Shown here one piece after another: positions 39,209 to 49,335 of a DNA stretch of 64,000 nucleotides. Under the pieces are notes generated by a model, which was given only the letters and a program-made list of their open reading frames with translations, had not been told where the DNA came from and did not search any database. The position numbers were made by a program, and so were the translations under genes. The DNA comes from Tubulanus polymorphus (lineage: Eukaryota > Animalia > Nemertea), in contig NC_134027.1 in the NCBI RefSeq assembly GCF_964204645.1, forward strand, positions 19,492,560 to 19,556,559. The letters run 5' to 3'. Positions within the stretch are counted from its first letter, which is position 1; every line of letters starts with the position of its first letter.

Positions 39209-39238
39209 TTATATATCCTTAATTTTAACTTTATATTT

Positions 39239-39291
39239 CTAATATTGAATACTATCTAATTGTGAATTTACAATATTTAATTGTGCGTCAG

Positions 39292-39382
<91 letters not shown>

Positions 39383-40533
39383 TTTTTCATGAATAATTGT
39401 ATTCCATCTTTAGTGTTCTGTAGTTTTTTTCCAGAACCATGTAATGAATTATCCTCTGTTGTTCTAAAATCTAACCATAATGCATATTTATTACCGGCAT
39501 AATAATCAATTTGATTAATATTACAATTTTCAGATGATTTTACTTTTTCATTCATAAAATTTTTTCTAATTTCTGGCCATTGATCTATCATTCTCATTCC
39601 TTGACAAAATATTTTATTTGCTATTCCTTCGATAGTTATTTCTACTTTTGTTATTTCAGGATTAAAATAATTATCTACCTTTATTGCACCATAAGAATAT
39701 GTTGCAATGGTAAAAAATATGAATATACCTTTAATAGATCTTCTTGGGAAGTTGATAGTTCTCATTGATTATTTCATCATTTGCATTAATAGTTACAGTT
39801 TTAAATTTATCAATACAATCATATAATAATGAAAATCCTTGATTGTGTTGAGTTTGAATTGTGTTAGCAATATTTTCATTAGTTACTGTCATATTCTAAA
39901 CATATATTCGATAATTTATAACCCATATCTTTAACAACGCTAGATAATACAATTTCATTTACAGGAGCAAATGTTATCTCAAATATAATATCTTCTTGAA
40001 TTACATATTTATATAAAGGTGCATTATTATTTATCAATTCATAGTGTAATGGAATTTTATATTTGCTTCCATAAATCTTTTTAATCAAATTATCTACATC
40101 ATTAGTTACTATTGCGTTATCAGAGTCTGATCTTAATTTATTTTGGTTTTCTGATTGGATTCCTTGAAATATCATATTATTTCTATTTTCTTTAATTAAC
40201 CATAAATCTTTATAATGCATAAATAAATTATAATCATCTAATGAGTAAACTTTTTCTGGACCAATCTTTATAGTTAATTTTTTTAATCAAATATCTTCCA
40301 ACATTATCAACAACATAATTATTATTATTACCGGTTACTTTTATATCGGCTGATAAATAAATACTATTTGGAACATAAAAAGTAGTTTGTGTTAATCGAG
40401 GAATTCTAACATATAAAGTTTCATCAGGATTAATATTAGAAGGGTTATGAGTAATTATATGAGGAGATCTTTCTGCTTTAATAGCATTAGATATTCTATG
40501 ATTCTCAGAAGGATTGATATAACGCCCACTCAT
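39239..40533 (-). pseudogene. P2 major capsid protein, frameshifted, with (TA)n tract at ~39297-39380
   Basis: Three ORF fragments match the P1/P3 MCP. Confidence 0.78.
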
Positions 40534-40647
40534 TTATTTAACTAGAAAATTAATCATTTATTTTTTATCATGTTTACTTGATAAAATAATATGTTCAGCA
40601 GCAAAGTTGATAATGTTTCCTGCAGATTTCAATATAAAACCAACAAT

Positions 40648-41069
40648 TGTTCTAAATCGACGAAACGAATCCTCGAAAATCTATTGAACACGAAAGCACA
40701 GCTACATTTCAAACTCAGCGTGTTTATTTTAACAACTAACGATGCTGCACTATGCCATATAATGCCGGTTTGCTACAAATATGAAAATATATATATAAGT
40801 AATCAATTCAATTTATGCAAAGAAAACTAACCCACAGCAAATCTAAAAATTCGTTACTTACAATTACTGTAGCTCCTCGAGCAAGTTTCTACGAAAATGA
40901 CCAATGCTCAACTGTGAGATATTCAATATATACTGTATATATAATGTACTAGACTTAGTAACAACAAAGCATGGAGAGGTTCAATGATGGGTTACAAATC
41001 CTACAGTACTAAAGCTAAACTCGACTACAATAAAATTCTATAGCAGCAACCGGACTTCAATTTACAACA
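40648..41069 (-). repeat. BEL/Pao 3' LTR
   Basis: 422 bp; by eye two substitutions and one indel relative to the other LTR. Confidence 0.95.
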
Positions 41070-41220
41070 CAGCACCTCCTAAACATCCGTATCAGACGGT
41101 GTTTGAAAATATAACGATATCATATTACAAAGATTACATGATTACTTCAAATACATATTATTGTCGTATCAAATATAAGTAATTATCTCGCACATACAAA
41201 TACAAATTTAATCAAGATAA

Positions 41221-44200
41221 TTATACAATACTCTCTTCCAATACGCAAAGCTTAACTACTGGTCGAACATATTCTGACGAAGAGGTTTTTACTTTTACCG
41301 AACGAATTCGTCCATCATTAGGACTAGCATAAACTTCAATAGAACGACCCAATGGCCATTGACCACGAGGAATGTCTTTGTCTTTGATTAACACTAAGTC
41401 ACCTAATTTGACATTTTCTGTATTTTCTAGCCACTTGCTTCTCATGGTTAAGGGTGGCAAATACTCTTTCAGCCAGCGACGCCAAAAGTGGTCTGCCAGA
41501 ACCTGGGACTGACGCCATCTTTTTCTACTGTTGATTTCACGCTCATGAAATACTCCAAGGGCCACGACAGAACTAGCACCCCCGTGTAAAAAGTGGTTTG
41601 GTGTAATGGGTGTAAAATCTGCAGGATCCACGCTATTATAAGTTAAAGGTCGACTATAAACAGATGCTTCCACCTCTATAAGCGTTGTTCGCAGCACGTT
41701 TTCAGGAAATGGTTGTCCTTTAAGGACTGATTTGATAGCCGCCTTTACCGTTCGAACCAATCTCTCCCAAACCCCACCAAAATGGGGGGCACAGGGACTA
41801 TTAAAGGTCCATTTAATACCCTTTTCATGACAAAAATTAGAAATACGAGATTGATTTAATTGTGTTAAACATTCTCTTAACTCTCTCTCAGCTCCAACTA
41901 AGTTGGAACCATTGTCACTATAAATATGACTCGGCTGACCACGTCGCCCAATGAAATTCCTCAGAATTAGTAAAAATGTGTCAGTTTCCATTGAGTCAGC
42001 TACTTCCAAATGTACTGCACGAGTTACTAAACACGTGAATAAGCAAACCCATACTTTGATTGTAGAACGCCCTCTTTTGATGAATAAAGGGCCAAAATAG
42101 TCTACCCCACTAAATTGAAAGGGTCTGCAATGGCTAGTAATTCTATGTGCGGGTAAATCCGACATAAAAGGAACTCTAGACTTAGCTAATCGACGACGAC
42201 AACCGAAGCACCGCGAAATCGCACGCTTTGCGACAGATCTAGCTTTAATTGGCCAGTACTTTTGACGAACTAATGAAATCAAGTGCTCTGGACCAGCATG
42301 GAAATGAATAAGGTGTTCTTTTCGTACAAGAAGCTCCGTGATATGATGAGAGAAAGGGAGAAGCAACTGATGGCGCGCCTCTACGGAAACATTTGGAGCA
42401 TTGTGAATCCTTCCACCTACTCTGATACAGGAGCCATCAAAAACTGGATCAAGACAGCGCAAAGAACTATGATCCTTTAACTTCCCCTTTTTAAGGAAAG
42501 AGAACTCCTCTGGGAATGAGTCAGGTTGGGCTTGAGAAACTAAGCATGTTTCCGCAAAATCAAAATCTTCCACTGTCAAAGTTTTTGCTTTTACAGCTGT
42601 ATATCCCAAACGTGGAACGTGTGAGGCAAAATTCCTGATAGCCCTTAAAATCCAAGCTGTTCTGCGTAACAAAGGGTACCAACGAGAATAATCCTCCGGC
42701 TGTACAAGACCCGTTAAGTCAATGACTGGCTCAGCCTGAGGAAATGCTAAGACTTTATTCACTACCTTAGTTTTCTTGAGATTTTCATCTATATCTGAAA
42801 TGATACCTAGATCAGGCTGAGACGGCCATTGCTTTTCAGGAACACGGAGAAATTCGGGACCTGCAAACCAACGATGCGAAAAAGTCAGATCAGAAGCTAA
42901 AAGCCCCCTTGAGCAATCGTCCGCAGGATTCGACTCGGATGCAATATACATCCACTGATTAACCGATGATATTTCACGAATTTCCCCCACTCTATTGGCT
43001 ACAAAAATCTTGAATCTTTTTTTTTCATTACGAATATATCGTAAAACAGTTTGTGAGTCAGTCCAATAAGAGACTTCAATGTCACAAATTTCTGACAGTT
43101 CTCGCTTCAAAACCTCACCCAAACGAACCGACATAACTGCACCTTGCAGCTCCAATTTCGGCATGGTTAAAGGATGTTTTGTAGGAGCTAAGTGAGTTTT
43201 TGAAGCGAGAAAGGTAGTTTGAAATGAACTATCAATCAAATAACGCAAATATGCTACACTACCAAATGCCCTCTCGGACGCGTCACTAAACAAATGCAAC
43301 TGTACATTACTAACAGAAGGAGAAAACAACTCATGGTGACGAGGAATTTTCAGCTCATGCAACAACTTCAACTCATTTTGCCATTCATCCCAGGTTACCA
43401 ATAAGTCCCCAGAAATATCTTCATCCCATTCGAACCCAGACCGCCATATATCTTGAATCAAACACTTGGCCCTAAGTATGAATGGTGATAGGAAACCTAA
43501 TGGATCAAAAATGGATGAGACAGCGCTTATGATACCTCGTTTAGTAAGTTTAACATCTTTGATAACAGGTTTAAATACAAAGGAATCATTCTGAGCGTTC
43601 CATTTCACACCTAAAGTCCGTTCTACTGATAAGTCACCTAAGTCTAGGTCTAACGAAGGGTTAGCAAGTTCTTCAGGGTGAATTTGGGATAGGACCCATT
43701 TACTTGATGACATCCACTTTGTGAGATGGAAACCTCCTTTAGCAAGAATATCTTTTACCTCATAAGCTAATTGCAACGCTTTGCTATCACCAGGAACTGA
43801 CTTGAGAAAATCATCCACATAGAAATTTCGCAAGACAGAATTTACAGCGATGCTACTAAAACAATCAATGTTATCACGAGCTGATCTTTTTAGAGCGTAA
43901 TTCGCACAACAAGGCGAGTCTCGAGCACCGAAAATGTGCACCAACATCTTAAAAACCTCCGGAGAACCATATGAGCCATCTGGCCGCCAAAGGAATCTCA
44001 ATGTTTCAGATTCGCTTTCAGAGGTTCTCACTTGATGAAACATCGCTTGTATGTCCGCAACAAGCGCTGTTTCAAATAAACGAAATCTTTGTAAGACACC
44101 AAACAAACTATTTAACAGATCAGGGCCTGTCATTAGTAAGTTGTTTAACGAAGAACCCCTGAACTGCGAAGCTGCATCAAACACTACCCGAAATTTACCC

Positions 44201-44958
44201 GGCTTGTTCGGGTTCAAAACGCAATGGTGAGGGAGATACCAAGTTCTAGGTGTCGAAATAATTTCTTCCTCCGGAGTCAACTTTCGAGCATACCCAGCGG
44301 AAATATAGCCATTAAGTGTATCACAATAGCCATTTTTAATTACAGAATCTTTACACAGGCGGTTTGTTAGCAAGTCAAATCTTCTCTTAGCTAATGGAAA
44401 GTTATTTGGTAAAACACTATTTTCATCTCTCCATAGCATACCTACTTGATAATGATCACCCACAAGTTGGGTTGTTTCTTCAAGAATTTTAAGAGCTCTT
44501 TGATCTTCAACCGATCCAATCTTATCAGGGTAAGTTACACCAAAGGATTCTGTTGACCAAAAGTTCTCAATTTGTCGTGAGAGTGAATTTTCATCAACAA
44601 GAGAGCATTCCGAAACAATTGAATGGACGTGAACATCGCACAAGTCATTTGACATGTTCCCAAACAAACACCACCCTAATCTAGTCCGAATAGCTAAGGG
44701 CTGATTTGATGTCCCTTCCCTTACCTCTAATTGTATATGTGCTCTAGGTACATTTGCACCCAAAAGTACTTTAACCTGACGTGGGAATGTATCAGGAAAT
44801 CGCAGACCCTCTAAATGTTTCAACTTATGAGGAGAAAATTCATTATATTTCTGAAGTGGACAACTGATATTACCAGATGTAGTCATGCTTGGGACACATG
44901 AATGACAAAGGATCATTGCTTCGAACGGTAAAGGAAACACGGCGAGATAACTGTGCAT
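41221..44958 (-). CDS. pol: BEL/Pao Pol (RT, RNase H, integrase)
   Basis: WYLPHH, RVVFDAA, FYVDD, FSDAS, MPKLEL, GVDYFGP, SDNGSN, WERLV motifs. Confidence 0.95.
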   Translation of the reverse strand: MHSYLAVFPLPFEAMILCHSCVPSMTTSGNISCPLQKYNEFSPHKLKHLEGLRFPDTFPRQVKVLLGANVPRAHIQLEVREGTSNQPLAIRTRLGWCLFGNMSNDLCDVHVHSIVSECSLVDENSLSRQIENFWSTESFGVTYPDKIGSVEDQRALKILEETTQLVGDHYQVGMLWRDENSVLPNNFPLAKRRFDLLTNRLCKDSVIKNGYCDTLNGYISAGYARKLTPEEEIISTPRTWYLPHHCVLNPNKPGKFRVVFDAASQFRGSSLNNLLMTGPDLLNSLFGVLQRFRLFETALVADIQAMFHQVRTSESESETLRFLWRPDGSYGSPEVFKMLVHIFGARDSPCCANYALKRSARDNIDCFSSIAVNSVLRNFYVDDFLKSVPGDSKALQLAYEVKDILAKGGFHLTKWMSSSKWVLSQIHPEELANPSLDLDLGDLSVERTLGVKWNAQNDSFVFKPVIKDVKLTKRGIISAVSSIFDPLGFLSPFILRAKCLIQDIWRSGFEWDEDISGDLLVTWDEWQNELKLLHELKIPRHHELFSPSVSNVQLHLFSDASERAFGSVAYLRYLIDSSFQTTFLASKTHLAPTKHPLTMPKLELQGAVMSVRLGEVLKRELSEICDIEVSYWTDSQTVLRYIRNEKKRFKIFVANRVGEIREISSVNQWMYIASESNPADDCSRGLLASDLTFSHRWFAGPEFLRVPEKQWPSQPDLGIISDIDENLKKTKVVNKVLAFPQAEPVIDLTGLVQPEDYSRWYPLLRRTAWILRAIRNFASHVPRLGYTAVKAKTLTVEDFDFAETCLVSQAQPDSFPEEFSFLKKGKLKDHSSLRCLDPVFDGSCIRVGGRIHNAPNVSVEARHQLLLPFSHHITELLVRKEHLIHFHAGPEHLISLVRQKYWPIKARSVAKRAISRCFGCRRRLAKSRVPFMSDLPAHRITSHCRPFQFSGVDYFGPLFIKRGRSTIKVWVCLFTCLVTRAVHLEVADSMETDTFLLILRNFIGRRGQPSHIYSDNGSNLVGAERELRECLTQLNQSRISNFCHEKGIKWTFNSPCAPHFGGVWERLVRTVKAAIKSVLKGQPFPENVLRTTLIEVEASVYSRPLTYNSVDPADFTPITPNHFLHGGASSVVALGVFHEREINSRKRWRQSQVLADHFWRRWLKEYLPPLTMRSKWLENTENVKLGDLVLIKDKDIPRGQWPLGRSIEVYASPNDGRIRSVKVKTSSSEYVRPVVKLCVLEESIV

Positions 44959-46705
44959 CGCTTGAGTGAAGTGTGTTGATAGTCAATACTTGTTTTTTAC
45001 CAGACAACCCTAAATCAATAGCCAGATCTTCACGGATTAATGTCACGTCACTCCCAGAATCCAGCAGACCATACGTCGATATACGTCTTCCGTTAGCACC
45101 CTGAACCACAATCGGCAAAACCTGAAAATACACGTCAGAACAATTACTATCGAGACCAAGAACTATATTGCGTTCTATTGCGCTAGGTGCTACACCTTGA
45201 CTACTACTGGCTTGCGATTCACTATTACAAGTGTCTAGATTCTGAGTTTGATTCTTTTGTTCAATATCATTAATTTTGATTTTACGTTTAACATGAAGCA
45301 GTGTATGATGTCTCTTGCCACACCCTGGTTCTTTACAGCAAGAAAGAGATTTGCAAGTCGCAATGAAATGACCAGGTGACAAACAATTAATACACAAACG
45401 TAATCTCTTGACTAGAGCAAATCTTTCATCTACCGATTTATCAATGAAATCTCCACAATTACTCACAGAATGACTACCTGAACAAATAACACATTCAAAT
45501 ATTTTCCCACCTGACACGCAACTGCTAGACATCTGTTTCGTGGAATTATTCACATTGATTTTCCGTGATCCTAAAGCATTACTAGAAAAATTATTACGTT
45601 TCAATTTCAACCTATTTTGTTGTAATGAAAATGGACCGAAGTCAGCGTCAACACAATCTTTGAGCCAACTTTCTAGATCAAACAATGTAGGATCTCGTTT
45701 TCGAGATATACGTCTAACGAATTCGTTCCATTTTGAACGCTTGTCAATCGGGATACGTTTTACAACTTTCTGTAATAAATCACTACTGCCAATTTCAGAA
45801 AGATAATTCATTTGTTTTAGAGTAATTAAGCAATCTCTCACACTAATGTAAAAGGAACGTAATGATATTGAATCATATGAATTTGTGGGTGGACCGTTCG
45901 TAATTGATTCAATATAAGCCCTAGCTACGTGTACTCTGTGTCCAAACACAAACTTTAGCTCCTTAAGGGAGCGTGCATAATTACAACCACTAAACCCAAG
46001 ACCTTGAATGAGCTCTCTGGCCTCACCTTTCACATGCGACTGCAGAAGGTCTTGACGTCTGGAATCTTTGATCCCGGGACGATTATGTACTTGCACATAA
46101 AACTGCTCAATGAACCTTGGCCATACAAGTGGTGAACCGTCGAACATCGGGAGACCAACTTTCGGTAAATCTCGATCAATCTCCATCTTGATAACGGCTT
46201 CTTCCAGGGAGGTTGATGATTCCACATTTACTATAGTTTCGACTCCTTCGACCAAATCATCGATCCACGCATCAATGGTCCTAAGCGACGAGTTGTTTAC
46301 AGCATTCGTCACGACATTCTCTGAAAGATCCTCTGCAACTGGATGCGACACGGAAGATGTAGACGACGCTTGGAAAACGGGTGCATTCGGATCAAGAGAC
46401 GAGTCTCTTTTAGCAAAATTGTCTAACCTTTCTAAAGCAACCATAGCTTTATCGAAATAACACTCCATCCAACGCCCAGCGGTTTCGATTTCTTCTTCAT
46501 TCTCGAGTACAGACATGAACTTGTCGTGAGCAGTTTGCAGATTTTGCAAACATCCAGTGATACGTTGCTTTGCCGGTTCAACAGCCGCCGATATGCGAAC
46601 TGAATCCGCAGCATCAATAGCACGAGTAAGCCAACCAGCGAGACTTGTACGAGTGGCTTTCAACGACTTACTTTTACTAGTATTTGAATCTTCGTTATCG
46701 GTCAT
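44870..46705 (-). CDS. gag: BEL/Pao Gag-protease
   Basis: LPMFDGSPL.W, three Cys/His knuckles ending GCGKRHHTLLH, protease LLDSGS; out of frame with pol. Confidence 0.93.
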   Translation of the reverse strand: MTDNEDSNTSKSKSLKATRTSLAGWLTRAIDAADSVRISAAVEPAKQRITGCLQNLQTAHDKFMSVLENEEEIETAGRWMECYFDKAMVALERLDNFAKRDSSLDPNAPVFQASSTSSVSHPVAEDLSENVVTNAVNNSSLRTIDAWIDDLVEGVETIVNVESSTSLEEAVIKMEIDRDLPKVGLPMFDGSPLVWPRFIEQFYVQVHNRPGIKDSRRQDLLQSHVKGEARELIQGLGFSGCNYARSLKELKFVFGHRVHVARAYIESITNGPPTNSYDSISLRSFYISVRDCLITLKQMNYLSEIGSSDLLQKVVKRIPIDKRSKWNEFVRRISRKRDPTLFDLESWLKDCVDADFGPFSLQQNRLKLKRNNFSSNALGSRKINVNNSTKQMSSSCVSGGKIFECVICSGSHSVSNCGDFIDKSVDERFALVKRLRLCINCLSPGHFIATCKSLSCCKEPGCGKRHHTLLHVKRKIKINDIEQKNQTQNLDTCNSESQASSSQGVAPSAIERNIVLGLDSNCSDVYFQVLPIVVQGANGRRISTYGLLDSGSDVTLIREDLAIDLGLSGKKQVLTINTLHSSDAQLSRRVSFTVRSNDPLSFMCPKHDYIW

Positions 46706-46734
46706 GATGAGCTTTCGAGTAATTCAAACTATAA

Positions 46735-47157
46735 TGTTCTAAATCGACGAAACGAATCCTCGAAAATCTATTGAACACGAAAGCACAGCTACATTTCAAA
46801 CTCAGCGTGTTTATTTTAGCAACTAACGATGCTGCACTATGCCATATAATGCCGGTTTGCTACAAATATGAAAATATATATATAAGTAATCAATTCAATT
46901 TATGCAAAGAAAACTAACCCACAGCAAATCTAAAAATTCGTTACTTACAATTACTGTAGCTCCTCGAGCAAGTTTCTACGAAAATGACCAATGCTCAACT
47001 GTGAGATATTCAATATATACTGTATATATAATGTACTAGACTTAGTAACAACAAAGCATGGAGAGGTTCAATGAAGGGTTACAAATCCTACAGTACTAAA
47101 GCTAAACTCGACTACAATAAAATTCTATAGCAGCAAACCGGACTTCAATTTACAACA
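46735..47157 (-). repeat. BEL/Pao 5' LTR
   Basis: 423-bp direct repeat. Confidence 0.95.
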
Positions 47158-48466
47158 ACAATTGACGCAATAATTCCTGGTAAAGCTGCAGCAGATTTTT
47201 TAGATAGTTCCCATAAATATTTTGCTAATTTCTTTAAACCATCTTTAACTTTATCTTGTATAGAATTATTATCATTCGGGGGTTTATCCGGTTTATTGGG
47301 AGTAGGAGTAGATTTTAAAGAATTTGATATTGCTAAACCAATTGTTGTAAATAACATAGTTACAGCTGTTAGAATTGAAAGAATTGTTATTCCTTCTAAT
47401 TTAAATAATAATTTTATTCTATCTTTCAATGATATTTCAGAATTTGGTTTTATCAACAAATTTTTAAAAATAACTTTTAATCTATTAATATTATAATCAT
47501 ATGATTTTAATAATATATCTCTTTCACCTTTTTGTACTTCTAAATTATCTTTTAAATTATTAATTTCTTTTTCTAAACGTAATTCTTTTTGCCTATATTC
47601 CATTTCATCAAATGCTTGATGGTCTAAATCAGACTTTAGTTGTTCTATTTCTTTATTTTTATCAGTTAATTCTTTTTCTAAAGTTCTAATTTTAATATCT
47701 CTTATACTTTTATTATGCGCAATTTTATCAGCTTCATTTCTTATACTAATAATTTCTCTAATTGCTTCATCAGAAAATATATTTAAATCTTCTAATTCTT
47801 GATCTGTTGCATCAAGTAACCCATTTTGTAAAAGTTTTTCAGTTTGAACTTCGGTTGATTTAACTTTACTAGTTTTAGAATTATCAGCTTCTTTAGGAAT
47901 TGTTTCTGGCTCTAAATTTTCATTAATCATCTTCAAAAAATTAACATTTCTTAGATTAAATTCTTTTCTATTTAGAATTATATCTTGTTCTTTAACATCA
48001 GTTATAACATCATTAATGATTTTCTTAATTCTAGATTGTTCTAATTTAATTAAAGTTGGTTTTGTTATTATTTTATCAGGACTTTTATTAAAGAAATCTT
48101 AAAATAATAGTCATCTTTCAATTTCCAATAATAATCACCATTTAAATATTTCAAATCTTTTACTAAATAATTCATACCTTTATTTGTTATATTGAAACCA
48201 GATCTTTTTAACATTGGTTTAAATTCATGAATAATTTCATTATATTTGTATTCTTTTTCTGTTATTTCTGTAACTTCATTTTCAATATTTATCTTTGAAC
48301 GTGTTTTATCAATATATTCATTAGTATCAGGTGAAGTTAAATTAGAATTACGTCCTAGCTCATTACCGTCATTAAAACTTGTTTCACCAATATCAGGCGG
48401 TTGTTCATCACTTATTCCAGGTTCATCTGAAGGATCCAACTGAATATCTACTCCACCTTCTGCCAT
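47158..48466 (-). pseudogene. P2 coiled-coil/TM gene, split by BEL insertion (3' end at 40558-40647)
   Basis: IIASIV|GFILK junction at the TSD; homolog of 57419-59107. Confidence 0.85.
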
Positions 48467-48482
48467 TTATATAATAAAAAAA

Positions 48483-48867
48483 TTAAAATTTAAAATATAA
48501 TATTCCTCCAATTACAATTCCTATAAAAATTAAAGCTAATTTAGCATTTTCATGGGATTTATTATCATCATTTAGTTTAATTATTTCATGTTGAATATTA
48601 TCAGTTTTAATATTTTCTGTAGTATTATAATCCGGTTTAGAATCATTATTTAATTTAATATTCTTAGTTTTAGTTTCTGTTGATTGAATATGATTTTTAT
48701 TTTTTTCACCTTCCATTAATTTTGGAGCAGTAATAATCTTTTTATTTATATCATTTAATCCAAACGAATTATTTATTGTTGCAGTTTTAATTAGATTATT
48801 ATAACCATTTATATTTCCCATCTTTAATGCTAAATCATTAGAAATAATTAATAGATTAGGGCCTATA
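48483..48867 (-). pseudogene. 3' part of P2 462-aa-family gene, cut by P3
   Basis: Homology to P1 stops at gggcctata|agtaat. Confidence 0.85.
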
Positions 48868-49253
48868 AGTAATAGGGGTAATAGGCTTTCATACCAAAGG
48901 TCGAACGGTCGAGCCCATTAAAAAACAAAATATTAAAAAACTATAATATATTTTCATAACCGCGTGCATTTTATATCAAAACTAAGTATTTATTCTAAGA
49001 TATCAATAATATAAAAAGCATATTGTATTAAATCAATTGGTCGCTCCACTTCGCTACCGCTCCGCTCCGCGACCAATTGATTTAATTACAATACACAAAT
49101 TCAAATAATCAAATATATTCAAATGATAATAATTATTCTATTATTCAACTGAAATGCACGCGGTTATGAAAATATATTATAGTTTTTTAATATATGTTAT
49201 TAATGAACTCGATCATTAAACCTTTGATATGAAAGCCCATTACCCCTATTACT
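48868..49253. repeat. 386-bp imperfect palindrome at P3 left end
   Basis: agtaataggggtaat...attacccctattact outer arms; inner arms taaatcaattggtcgc/gcgaccaattgattta. Confidence 0.93.
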
Positions 49254-49335
49254 CTTAAAATATTCATATATATATGAATAACATTTAAATCATTGAACTT
49301 CTAAAATCAATTTTAATAAAAAATATAGTATTAAA

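Larger units (their letters stand above)
40648..47157 (-). mobile_element. Full-length BEL/Pao LTR retrotransposon (6510 bp)
   Basis: LTRs 40648-41069 and 46735-47157 (TGT..ACA); TSD ACAAT at 40643-40647 and 47158-47162. Confidence 0.96.
34766..48867 (-). mobile_element. Polinton-like element P2 (left part; close relative of P1), interrupted
   Basis: Terminus AGTAATAGGAAAAGTAGGCTTTCATACC..CACCACTCATCACCACAAGTAA; same gene order as P1; cut at 48867 by P3. Confidence 0.93.

Noticed and set aside
48868-49253. Independent MITE insertion
   Set aside because: No TSD (CCTATA vs CTTAAA), and P2 does not resume after it.
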